NCBI GenBank assembly: GCA_965223415.1 | Contig: OZ245002.1 | Location: forward strand, 5,120,001 to 5,184,000 | DNA length: 64,000 nucleotides | Direction: 5' to 3' | Source of the DNA: Myxococcota bacterium | Lineage (GTDB): Bacteria; Myxococcota_A; UBA9160; UBA6930 | Shown here: in pieces, positions 26,631-35,566 of the stretch | Numbering within the stretch: position 1 is the first letter of the stretch | How the letters are laid out: each line of letters starts with the position of its first letter | The notes under the pieces: model-generated | What the model was told of the DNA's origin: nothing | Databases searched by the model: none | Seen by the model: only the letters and a program-made list of their open reading frames with translations | Made by a program: the position numbers and the translations under genes

Positions 26631-27716
26631 AGTCGCCCGGCGACTTCGCCATCAATCGCTTGGCGAGGACCGGGACCAGGGGACGCATCAGCCGCCCGGC
26701 CAGACGACCGAGCCGCCCGGTGGGCGCCGTCTCACCCGCCGAGCCGTAGGCGTCGATGCCGAGTTCCTCGCGCAGGTCGGCGGAGACGAGCTTCACCGGG
26801 GTATCGAGGGGGATGCCGGTGCCGTCGGCGATCCGCACCATGCGCTGGAAGTTGCCGACGACGCCCGCCGCATCGACCGTGGCTGCGTCACCCACCGCCG
26901 CGCGAAGGGATTCGCGCGCGCGACCGATGGCGTCCTCCTCGCCGCCGACGACCGCCTCGGCGAAGCGCACCAGCTCCGGCCCGTGGGCGACGCCGCTCTC
27001 CGCCGCGTCGCCACTCGTCACGCCGCTCACGTCGAGCGTCCGCCCTTCCATCTCGCCGCCCGCACGGAGCAGCACCGCGTGGGAGCTGGTTCAGTAGAAG
27101 CAGTCGTTCAGGGCGGAGACCCGCCCGGCGAGGAGCTCGATCTGCTGCCGATCGAGGGCTCGCCCCTCGGACCAGGTCGGCACGCCGACCGCCCACATCG
27201 GAACGTACTGGGCCGCCGAGAGCGACTGCAGCGCCCGCACCGCATCCGGCACGAGGCTGAGCGCGCGGACCACGTTGGCGGACTGCTTGCCCGAGAAGAG
27301 ATCGCTCTCCTTCGCACCCGCCTTGCCGGACGCGATCATCGGCACCCAGGCGGTCTCGGTCTCGAGGGCCTCGGGGCGGTAGCCGGAAGCCGTGCCCGGC
27401 TCCGGGATCGGCAGCGTCTCCGGCGCCAGGCCGAGGCCGCGATGGAAGGAGTCGATGCTGATCACCGACACCACCACACCCAGGAGCTCCACATAGTGGC
27501 CGTCCGAGAGGCCCTGGGCGGCCAGCTTCTGGACCCAGCTGCCGGAGAGCCGGGACGCGTCGGTGACGAGCCGGTGCACCGTGTCGATCGCCGCATCCGG
27601 CAGCACGCTCCCCTCGGCGTGCTCGTGCTCGCCAGGGCGAGCCAGTAGGCGCGATGGGCCTCGGGGATCTCGGGACGGACGGGCCACGGCGTCGTCTCGT
27701 AGGCGAAGCTCGACAT
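26617..27716 (-). CDS. AhpD/alkylhydroperoxidase-related selenoprotein (CxxU), with an apparent frameshifting deletion near its 5' end
   Basis: QIELLAGRVSALNDCFY-UGA(27093-27091)-TSSHAVLLRAG continues in frame into ORF 26617-27075. The N-terminus MSSFAYE.. (ATG 27716) is in another frame. Confidence 0.8.
27054..27074 (-). promoter_or_regulatory. Bacterial SECIS-like hairpin
   Basis: UGCUGCUC-CGUGC-GGGCGGCG: 8-bp stem, apical loop 24 nt after the UGA with GU at loop positions 2-3. Confidence 0.7.
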
Positions 27717-27814
27717 GGGCCGAGCATAGCGTCCTGCCCGCTGCCTCCGTCCCAGGGGGGTAGACAGGGGAAGAAACCGGCGCGTAGGATGGCCCGCTCC
27801 CAAGGAGGATCCCG

Positions 27815-28594
27815 ATGCGCATGCTGCTTCGACTGCCCCTGCTCTGCCTCCTGCTCGCGCTGACCCCGGCCACGAGCGCAATGGCGGGCCCGCTGCTCTC
27901 GGCGACCTGGCGGGGCGCCATGCCGCTCTCTGCGTACCGGCTCACGACCGGCGCCGGAACCCTCCAGGCCAGCGGCTGGGCGTCCGGAGGATCGGCCCAC
28001 GTTTCGCTCACGATCCCGACCTTCACGACGACCCGCTTCGTCACCAGCACCGTGCCGACGGCCATCGTCCGCCAGCACCTCCGCGGCAGCCAGACGATCG
28101 CGTTCGGTCCCGGCGGCGCCGTGGCGAACCAGGCCTTGAGCGCCACGATCGACGTGTCCCTCGCCATCGCTAGCGGCTTCCGCCTCTTCACCCTGCCCAT
28201 GGCCATCGGCCTCAGCCAGACCCCGACCGCCACCGGCTTCAACCCGTTGATCGGTCAGATCACGGTCGTGAACCAGTTCCTCGGCTGGACCACGGGGAGC
28301 TTCGCGAGCCCCGTGACCTTCAGCGGCATCTCCTACGGCAGCTACGTCAGCCGGGGCTCGAACCGGCTCACGGCCAGCGGCGGGGGCACACTGACGCTGA
28401 TCGGCCCCTCCGTCACGAACGTCACCATCCAGGGGCAGCCCAACCGCCACGACCCGAGCGTCACCCGCCTCACCCTGACCTTCGCGCCCGGCCCGGGCCC
28501 CGGCGGCCCCCAGCCCGCGATCCCGGAGCCCGCCGCCGCCCAGCTCGTGCTGGGCGCCCTCGCGCTCCTGGGCCTGCTCCGCCGAGCACGCTGA
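27815..28594 (+). CDS. PEP-CTERM sorting-signal surface protein
   Basis: Signal peptide, Thr/Gly/Ser-rich body, IPEPAAAQLVLGALALLGLLRRAR tail; AAGGAGG RBS. Confidence 0.85.
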   Translation: MRMLLRLPLLCLLLALTPATSAMAGPLLSATWRGAMPLSAYRLTTGAGTLQASGWASGGSAHVSLTIPTFTTTRFVTSTVPTAIVRQHLRGSQTIAFGPGGAVANQALSATIDVSLAIASGFRLFTLPMAIGLSQTPTATGFNPLIGQITVVNQFLGWTTGSFASPVTFSGISYGSYVSRGSNRLTASGGGTLTLIGPSVTNVTIQGQPNRHDPSVTRLTLTFAPGPGPGGPQPAIPEPAAAQLVLGALALLGLLRRAR

Positions 28595-28875
28595 AGCTCC
28601 GTTCGCAGGGAGAACGGCTGAGGCCGTAGGCCACTCCCCGCGCCACAGGTGTCCATTGACGCCACGCGTCGGGACCCGTGCCGACCGGGGATGACGCAGG
28701 GTCAGATATATTTGTTGAACTTCAGTGACTTATCCGGTTGACGCATTGCGCCACAAGTTCCCCGGGGACGTTGGGACTCCGCGTGGCGTTCCGTCCCAAT
28801 CTGCCGGTCGACGCCCCTTGGATGCGGCGATCTCCCACGACCCCGCCCTGCAGCTCTGTTCGCCCCCTGTCGAGA

Positions 28876-28891
28876 TGGCACGGCGGCTGCA
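28876..28891 (+). promoter_or_regulatory. Sigma54 (-24/-12) promoter
   Basis: TGGCAC-GGCGG-CTGCA with GG-N10-GC spacing, upstream of ORF 28967. Confidence 0.6.
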
Positions 28892-28966
28892 AATACCGCG
28901 AGCGTGGCTCCGCACCAGAGACGGACGCCGCGCTGAACCCGCCACTGAGGATCCAGGAAAACCGCC

Positions 28967-29254
28967 ATGGACAACGATCGCGCCTTCGTCTTCTACGCCA
29001 CCACGATCTTCGCCGCATTGGCCTCCGTGGTCACAGCCTCCCTGATGGCGGGTGTCGCCGCGCTGCCGACCCTCGGCGTCTTCCTCTCCCACTGGGCGCT
29101 CAGCCTCGGCTTCCGCCTGGCCTACAAGAACTTCGACAACAGCTACAGCCCGATCCCCTGGTTCGTCCCGACCGCCATCCCCGCACCCGCCGGCGCTCCC
29201 GCGCTGCCGACCGCGGACGCCACGGTCAAGGAAGAGGAGAAGCAGGCGGCCTAG
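28967..29254 (+). CDS. Small membrane protein of unknown function (95 aa)
   Basis: AGGA RBS, two hydrophobic segments, high-GC3 codon use, own promoter and terminator. Confidence 0.7.
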   Translation: MDNDRAFVFYATTIFAALASVVTASLMAGVAALPTLGVFLSHWALSLGFRLAYKNFDNSYSPIPWFVPTAIPAPAGAPALPTADATVKEEEKQAA

Positions 29255-29282
29255 CTCCCCGCATCCCCTACGACCCGCATCG

Positions 29283-29323
29283 CCGCGGCGCGTCGACCCG
29301 GTCGGCGCGTCGCGGTTTCGTTT
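29283..29323 (+). terminator. Intrinsic terminator
   Basis: 15-bp GC stem (CCGCGGCGCGTCGAC/GTCGGCGCGTCGCGG), 3-nt loop, then TTTCGTTT. Confidence 0.65.
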
Positions 29324-29394
29324 GGGTTCGGGCCAAGGGCGCGGCCGCCGCCCGCGCACACCTGTGGCAGACTCGCCTGCGGAGGGACGCCGAG

Positions 29395-29826
29395 ATGAAG
29401 AAGGCCGCCCGGATCACCGTCGCCGTGCTCGTCGGCTACGTCGTCCTGGCGTTGGCCTTCGATGCCTTCATCGGCGCTACGCAGATCGCCCTCGGCGGGC
29501 CCGAGGGTGTCCTGCGCACCTTCGACGAGGACGGCCAGGTGCACGAGACGCGCATGATCGTCCTCCAGGACGGCGACGTGACCTGGGTGCAGTCCGGCCA
29601 TCACTTCCGCGGCTGGTACCACCGCCTCATGGCCAACTCCGAGGTCGAACTCCTCATGGACGACGGCGAGGTGCGGGCCTACCTGGCCGTGCCCCTCGAG
29701 GACGCGGCCTCGAAGGCGAACATGAAGCGGCTGATCGAGGAGCGCGTCGGCCGGGTCCGCGCCCGGGTGATCCGGACGATCCTGCTCTTCGCCGACGTCA
29801 AGCCGGTGCGGCTCGACCCGCGTTGA
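29395..29826 (+). CDS. Membrane-anchored split-barrel (nitroreductase/quinone reductase-like) protein
   Basis: N-terminal TM; LRTFD.DG..HET, WYHRL.AN..VEL, VRLDPR C-terminus. Confidence 0.55.
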   Translation: MKKAARITVAVLVGYVVLALAFDAFIGATQIALGGPEGVLRTFDEDGQVHETRMIVLQDGDVTWVQSGHHFRGWYHRLMANSEVELLMDDGEVRAYLAVPLEDAASKANMKRLIEERVGRVRARVIRTILLFADVKPVRLDPR

Positions 29827-29854
29827 GTCGGGCTGCGCCCGGAGACGGGCGCGT

Positions 29855-30658
29855 TCAGTCGAAGCCGTTGGGCAGCGAGCTCCGGTGGCGGCGCGTCATG
29901 GCTGCCAGGCCGATCACACTGGAACCCAGGAGGAGCAACGTGCCCGGCTCCGGCACGAAGTTCAGGGTCAGGATCGTGGCGTCCGCGGTGCGGAAGTCGA
30001 GGTTCGAGCCGTCGCAGGCACCCAGGGTCGTCCCCCCCGCGCACACCGAAGCGACACCGGGCGAAACCAGGGTGATCGACCCGCCGCCGTCCGGCGTCAA
30101 GCCGAACGATCCGGCGGCGGTGAGCGCCGGCAGGGGCGCCGTCATGTTGGTGGCGCCGTTGGGCGTGGTCGTGGTGCCGAACAGACCGCCGATCGATACG
30201 GAGCCCGGTGTCCACGGGAAGAAAGTCGCTGTGATGGTGGCGGCGCCCAGCTGCATGACGGTGACGACCATCGCGGTGCCCGATCCGCCGGGGGAGATCG
30301 GGATCGTCAGCAGCGGAAAGATGTCTGCGATGTACGTCACGGCGCCCGGAATCCCCGCGTTCGCCGTGGCACCGGCCGCGGTGATGCCGATGGATGCCTG
30401 GCCACCCAGCACCTGGGCGATGTAGAAGGGGAACGTCCCGCTCAGGAACCCCTGATACGGCACCGTGATGGCGACGGAGGCACCGAAGGCGGTGGAGCTT
30501 CCGGAGGCGATCAGGCTTCCCCCGGCGGTGGTGAGCGTGAACGGCGTGCCGTCCTGGAAGTCGCCCGTCCAGCTGGCCGACGTGAGCGTTCCCGCTGGGG
30601 CCGTGCTGGCGACCCACAGAGAGCCCAGAACGACCGCCAGAGAAAGGGACCACCGCAT
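29855..30658 (-). CDS. PEP-CTERM sorting-signal surface protein
   Basis: Signal peptide MRWSLSLAVV, PWTPG and GGGSITLVSP segments, FVPEPGTLLLLG..RRHR tail. Confidence 0.88.
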   Translation of the reverse strand: MRWSLSLAVVLGSLWVASTAPAGTLTSASWTGDFQDGTPFTLTTAGGSLIASGSSTAFGASVAITVPYQGFLSGTFPFYIAQVLGGQASIGITAAGATANAGIPGAVTYIADIFPLLTIPISPGGSGTAMVVTVMQLGAATITATFFPWTPGSVSIGGLFGTTTTPNGATNMTAPLPALTAAGSFGLTPDGGGSITLVSPGVASVCAGGTTLGACDGSNLDFRTADATILTLNFVPEPGTLLLLGSSVIGLAAMTRRHRSSLPNGFD

Positions 30659-30725
30659 GGTGGGGATGGTACCACGATCCGGCATCTGCCCGGCCGGCCT
30701 GCCACACGACAGGCTCTCGGGCAGC

Positions 30726-31139
30726 ATCGACTGGGTCACGGTCGGAGGCGCCGGCAACGCCGCCGACACCACGGGCCATGGCGCCGTGGCAACCCCCTAC
30801 CGCACCTCGAAGACCGAGGTGACGAACGCCCAGTACGCTGAGTTCCTGAACGCGGTCGCGGCCACGGATACCCACGGCCTCTACAACGCGAGCATGGGCT
30901 CGGGCTTCAGCGGCATCACACGCGGCGGAAGCTCCGGGAGCTGCACCTACCGCGCGATCGCGGGCCGGGCGGACATGCCCGTGACCTACGTCTCGTTCCG
31001 GGACAGCCTGCGCTTCGCGAACTGGCTGCACAACGGCCAGCCGACCGGCGCGCAGGGCAATGCCACGACGGAAGACGGCGCCTACACGATCTCCCCGATC
31101 GGGATCGCGACCACAGATCGGTGTACCCTCGCCTCGTGA
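30726..31139 (+). pseudogene. Fragment of an FGE-sulfatase (SUMF1-like) domain protein
   Basis: WVTVG..GNAAD..G.GAV, KTEVTNAQYAEFLN, PVTYVS..RFANWLHNGQP, TEDGAYT. No start or signal peptide, and the C-terminal half is missing. Confidence 0.75.
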
Positions 31140-32161
31140 ACGTGCGGGCACTGCGCGCGCTGGAGGGGCATTCGCCGGGAGCGGTCGCGTCGGGCCTGCT
31201 CGTCGCGGCGCTGCTGTTGGGCGTCTACGTGGCCGGTGTCGCGCTGCTCGGCGCGCCCGGACACCGCTGGAGCGCCGCCGGCGCCCCGCTCCTCCACCCC
31301 GAGCACCGGCTGAACGTGGTCGTGATCTTCCTGATGAGCTTCCTCTTCGCGAGCCAGCGCTACGTGAACCAACGGAAGGACGAGAGCCTGGAGCAGCTGC
31401 GCTCTCTCACCGATTGCGGGGAGGCGGAGTTCGAGGAGCTGCGCGAGCGGCACGAATCGGTGGATCGGCGCCGCCTCTTCCTTGTGGCGTTGGGCTCTGC
31501 GCTGCTCGGCATCGGGGCCGTGCCCGCCACCCAGCGCGATCCGCTCTCCCTGCTGCAGCCCGGCCTCTGGGGCTTCCGGTTGGCCTGGTCGTTCGGCGCG
31601 AATGCCGCGCTGTTCGCAACGCTCGGGGTCGGGATCTACCGCTCCATGCGGTCGCACGCCGCACTGGCGGACGTCGTCGAGCGGATCGAGCGGATCGACC
31701 TGCTCGATCGTGCGCCGCTGGCTCCGTTCCCGCACATGGGGCTGCGTCACGCCTTCGTCTGGCTGGGCGGGAGCTCGATCGCGTCGCTCATCGTCCTGGA
31801 CGTGGAGCGCGCCTGGCCCGTCGCCGTCGTGATCCTGGTGACGCTCGGAACGGGCGCCTTCGCGTTCCTGGGTCCGCTGCGGGCGATTCGCGACCGCCTG
31901 CGCCTCGAGAAGAGCGCCGAGCTGGCGCGGGTGCGCGCCCGGATCCGCGAGGCCAGCAGCTCGGCGCTGGCGAGCGAGCCCGGCGCCGAGGGGGCGAGCC
32001 TGCCCGGGCTCCTGGCCTACGAGGCGCGCGTCGCGGCGGTGAGCGAGTGGCCCGTCAGCGCGCCGACCCTGCTGCGCCTCGGAGTCCTGGCTGCGCTCGC
32101 GGTCGGCTCCTGGCTCGGTGGCGCTGTGGTCGAGCGTCTCCTGAGCGTGGCGCTGGAGTAA
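31121..32161 (+). CDS. Hypothetical multi-pass membrane protein
   Basis: Several hydrophobic helices, GLLAYEARV..VSEWP C-terminal motif. Start position uncertain. Confidence 0.7.
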   Translation: MYPRLVNVRALRALEGHSPGAVASGLLVAALLLGVYVAGVALLGAPGHRWSAAGAPLLHPEHRLNVVVIFLMSFLFASQRYVNQRKDESLEQLRSLTDCGEAEFEELRERHESVDRRRLFLVALGSALLGIGAVPATQRDPLSLLQPGLWGFRLAWSFGANAALFATLGVGIYRSMRSHAALADVVERIERIDLLDRAPLAPFPHMGLRHAFVWLGGSSIASLIVLDVERAWPVAVVILVTLGTGAFAFLGPLRAIRDRLRLEKSAELARVRARIREASSSALASEPGAEGASLPGLLAYEARVAAVSEWPVSAPTLLRLGVLAALAVGSWLGGAVVERLLSVALE

Positions 32162-32164
32162 CCG

Positions 32165-32214
32165 GGCTCCGGAATCGCCAGCGAAAGCGGCGTCCAGAAC
32201 CGGACCGGAACCCG
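32165..32214. repeat. Degenerate direct repeat of the tRNA-Glu 3' end and flank (att-like scar)
   Basis: Manual alignment to 33783-33832 gives about 39 matches in 51 columns, including GGCGTCC..AAC.GGAC..GAACCCG. Confidence 0.6.
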
Positions 32215-32489
32215 AGCAGACATCGCGCGAGGGCCCGGAAGGGCGAAGACCCTGGAATCGTCGGAGTCGCCTCCGCCTTCCCGGCCTGCGGTATCCGAGC
32301 CAGTCGTGAAGCGACCCCGTCGATGCCCTCCTTGAGGTAGAGTGGTTCGGTTCCTTGGTACGGCGAGGACGCCGCTCCAAGCGTGGGACCCATCGACGGT
32401 CTCAAGGGAAGCCTGAGCAATGCCAGGTTTCGTCACACGGGCACCAACCGCATCTCGGCGCGAAGGTTCCGAAGGAGAAAGGAGTCGAC

Positions 32490-33782
32490 GTGCGGCACAC
32501 GATACCTATCATCATCGTGATCACTCTGATCCTGCCGTGTGCAGCTCTGAGCGGTGAGGGTGCGACTCAGATCACTTTCGGGGGCGCGAGTTCGCCCGCC
32601 TGGTCCCCGGATGGCAGCCAGATCGCGTTCCACTGGCTCCACGGCGGGAACTATGACGTCTGGGTGGTCCCGGCCACCGGGGGGATCGAGACTCAGATCA
32701 CGTTCGACCCGGGCAACGACTTCTCGCCCACTTGGTCGCCCGACGGCAGCCAGATCGCGTTCCACACGCTCCGCGGTCACCCCCCCGGTCTCTGGGACAT
32801 CTGGGTGATTCCGGCCGCCGGCGGGACCGCGACTCAGATCACGTTCGACCCGGCTCCCGCCACGTCACCTGCCTGGTCGCCCGACGGCAGCCAGATCGCG
32901 TTCAGCTCGTTCCACAGTGGGAGCTACGATGTCTGGGTGATCCCGGCCACCGGGGGCACCGCGACCCAGATCACTTCCGGCCCGGCTCACGACTTCACCC
33001 CCGTCTGGTCGCCGGACGGCAGCCAGATCGCGTTCCAGTCGGACCGTAGTGGGAACGCGGACATCTGGGTGATCCCGGCCACCGGCGGAACCGCCACCCA
33101 GGTCACGTTCGACCCAGCATCGGACACGAGGCCTGCCTGGTCGCCGGACGGCAGCCAGATCGCGTTCCAGTCGGACCGCAGTGAGAACGCTGACGTCTGG
33201 GTGATCCCGGCCACCGGGGGGACCGCCACTCAGCTCACGTTCGACCCGGCTTTCGACGGTGGTCCTGCCTGGTCGCCGGATGGCAGCCGAATCGCGTTCG
33301 GCTCTGGCCGCAGCGGGACCACCAACATCTGGGTGATCGACGTTTCTCCGGACATCGACATCAAGCCCGGCAGCGATCTCAACTCCGTCAACCCGTTCAG
33401 CCGCGGCATCATTCCCGTGGCCATCCTGGGTTCCGACACCTTCGACGTGGCCGACGTGGATGTGACCAGCTTGGCATTCGGACCCGATGGAGCGGCGCCC
33501 GCCCACGTGCATCCGGAGGACGTCAACGGCGACGGGCTGACGGACCTGGTCTCGCACTACCAGACACGGGAGACCGGCATCGCTGCCGGAGACGAGGAAG
33601 CCTGCTTGACGGGCGAGACCCTGGACGGCACCACGTTCACGGGATGTGATGCCATCCGGACCGTCTCGGCCTGTGGGTTCGGGTTCGAGCTGGCCTTCCT
33701 GCTCCCGCCGCTGATGGCGGCGTCGCGTCGGGGCAGACGCCTGATCCGTTCGCCCCGGACCCAGTCCGGCGCGACACATTAA
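32490..33782 (+). CDS. TolB-like PD40 beta-propeller protein with a C-terminal DIDIKPG domain and a Cys-Gly-x-Gly-x-Glu-Leu/TM/Arg tail
   Basis: Six P.WSPDGS.IAF repeats, signal peptide, DVNGDG Ca-binding-like loop, [25 protein letters not shown] end. Less GC-biased codons than neighbours. Confidence 0.88.
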   Translation: MRHTIPIIIVITLILPCAALSGEGATQITFGGASSPAWSPDGSQIAFHWLHGGNYDVWVVPATGGIETQITFDPGNDFSPTWSPDGSQIAFHTLRGHPPGLWDIWVIPAAGGTATQITFDPAPATSPAWSPDGSQIAFSSFHSGSYDVWVIPATGGTATQITSGPAHDFTPVWSPDGSQIAFQSDRSGNADIWVIPATGGTATQVTFDPASDTRPAWSPDGSQIAFQSDRSENADVWVIPATGGTATQLTFDPAFDGGPAWSPDGSRIAFGSGRSGTTNIWVIDVSPDIDIKPGSDLNSVNPFSRGIIPVAILGSDTFDVADVDVTSLAFGPDGAAPAHVHPEDVNGDGLTDLVSHYQTRETGIAAGDEEACLTGETLDGTTFTGCDAIRTVSACGFGFELAFLLPPLMAASRRGRRLIRSPRTQSGATH

Positions 33783-33805
33783 GCCCCCGAAATCGCAACG
33801 AAAGA

Positions 33806-33881
33806 TGGCGTCCCCAACGGGACTCGAACCCGTGTTGCCGCCTTGAAAGGGCGGAGTCCTAGACCACTAGACGATGGGGAC
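33806..33881 (-). tRNA. tRNA-Glu (anticodon UUC)
   Basis: GTCCCCATCGTCTAGTGGTCTAGGACTCCGCCCTTTCAAGGCGGCAACACGGGTTCGAGTCCCGTTGGGGACGCCA forms a cloverleaf with TTC anticodon and encoded CCA. Confidence 0.97.
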
Positions 33882-34105
33882 GCGGGGAGCCGACGGAGCC
33901 CACGGCGGGCGGGACCTGGCGGCGCCGGCGCAGTATCGCGAATCCCCCGCGCGATCCCCAGCAGGGGCCCCGGGGACCCGGCTCCCCCGTCACCTCGCCC
34001 CCCGCCCCCGGCACTCACTCCCGTCGGGCTCTGGGAAGAGGAGCGCTGCCGCCGGGGGGTGGTCGCGCAGACGTTGGAGATGCTGCTGTGGGGAACGGAA
34101 GCGAC

Positions 34106-34567
34106 GTGCGGGCGGACCGGTGGGTCCGGGGGTGGATGCGGATCGGGCTGATCGGGCTGGGCCTGCCGGTGGCGACGGCGGGGGTCGCCTGGGGCGCGGA
34201 CGGGGCGGCCGCGGCCAGCGGGGAGGCCTGGCAGAGCGGGCACATGGCGAGCCGCTACCGGAGCCTGTTGGCCGAGCCGACCCGGGCGCCGGAGCTGCGC
34301 GGTGCGGGCCGCTACGAGGCGATCCAGCAGGGCGAGGCGGAGACGCCCAGGACGAAGCCCCCGGAGACGCAGCCAGCCTGGTCCCAGCGCAGCTGGGAGA
34401 GCGGACCCTCGCGGCCGCCGGGCAAGCGCACGCGGCTCGGCCACGGGCCGGGCGGCGGAGCCAGCGCCAAGGCCAACGGGACGGGCGGCTCCCGCCGAGG
34501 CAGCAAGCCGCCGGGCATGCGGCCGCGGACCGGCGGGCGCTCGGTGAGTCGGTCCGGCGGGCGATAG
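34106..34567 (+). CDS. Possible small secreted hypothetical protein
   Basis: Signal-peptide-like IGLIGLGLPVATAGVAWG and fills an otherwise empty gap. Low-complexity tail, no recognisable domain. Confidence 0.35.
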   Translation: MRADRWVRGWMRIGLIGLGLPVATAGVAWGADGAAAASGEAWQSGHMASRYRSLLAEPTRAPELRGAGRYEAIQQGEAETPRTKPPETQPAWSQRSWESGPSRPPGKRTRLGHGPGGGASAKANGTGGSRRGSKPPGMRPRTGGRSVSRSGGR

Positions 34568-34633
34568 GGGCGGCGGGGAGGCGTCCCCCGGGACGCGAGC
34601 GGCCGGCCGGGCCGGCCCTGGTACCCTCGTCCC

Positions 34634-35566
34634 ATGGACGATCTGACGATCCGCCAGGAGAAGGCCCAGAACCTCTGGACCAGCGCGACGCGGAAGATCC
34701 CGCCGCTGTCGAAGGCCTCGGAGGTGATCGGCGCGCCCCAGGTGGACGGCGAGTCGATCGGCGGGCTCGCCGAGGCGCAGGAGGAGGTGCTCACCTACGC
34801 CTGCGCCATGACCAATCCGGAGGTCTACGAGACCTGGGGCACGTTCCCGCCCTCGGGGCTCCTGCTGATCGGCCAGCCCGGCGCGGGCAAGACGCTCCTC
34901 GCCAAGGCCCTGGCCACCCGGGCCGACACGGCCTTCGTGCACATCCTGGTGCCGCGGCTCGCCCTCGAGATCGTGCACCACGGCGGCAAGGTGGGCGAGC
35001 TCCTGGAGGGCTGGAGCCAGGTGCTCTCGGAGATGCCCCCCACCACGGTCTACTTCCACGAGCTCGAGTTCTTCCAGGCCGAGGAGATCGGCGGCCGGCG
35101 CTCGGACCTGCCGATCGGGCCGATCATGGACTTCCTGGGCGAGCTGACCGATCGCGCGGTGACGCCGGAGCACACCCTGGTGGTGGGCTCGACGAGTCAC
35201 CCCGACACGCTGCGGCCGGCGTTCGTGCAGCCGGGCCGCTTCGAGCGCGTCGTGGAGGTGACGCCGGCCTACCCGGACGACATCGTGGCGGCGCTCCAGA
35301 TCCACGCGAGGGCGGCCGAGAAGCGGGCCGGCAAGGCGCTCTTCGGCGAGGTCGACTGGGCCGACGTCGTGAGCCGCTTCCGCGAGCCCTCGACGGGAGA
35401 CTGGATCCACCTGATGCACAGCGTGCTGCGACGCAAGGCCCGCTGTGAGGCGGCCGCCGAGGAGGTCGCGCCGGTCACCACCGACGACCTGCTGCGGGAG
35501 GTGGATCTCTACCGGCGCACGCGCAAGCGGCTGCCCCAGCGGGCGCCGGCGGGCACCTATCTGTGA
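34634..35566 (+). CDS. Stand-alone AAA+ ATPase (FtsH/CDC48-like module) with an atypical Walker B
   Basis: IGGL..., [48 protein letters not shown]. Confidence 0.85.
   Translation: MDDLTIRQEKAQNLWTSATRKIPPLSKASEVIGAPQVDGESIGGLAEAQEEVLTYACAMTNPEVYETWGTFPPSGLLLIGQPGAGKTLLAKALATRADTAFVHILVPRLALEIVHHGGKVGELLEGWSQVLSEMPPTTVYFHELEFFQAEEIGGRRSDLPIGPIMDFLGELTDRAVTPEHTLVVGSTSHPDTLRPAFVQPGRFERVVEVTPAYPDDIVAALQIHARAAEKRAGKALFGEVDWADVVSRFREPSTGDWIHLMHSVLRRKARCEAAAEEVAPVTTDDLLREVDLYRRTRKRLPQRAPAGTYL

Noticed and set aside
32560..33340. Near-identical internal DNA repeats as a diversity-generating retroelement template/variable pair
   Set aside because: They are the six in-frame PD40 blades. No reverse transcriptase is present and no adenine-specific mismatch pattern was noticed.
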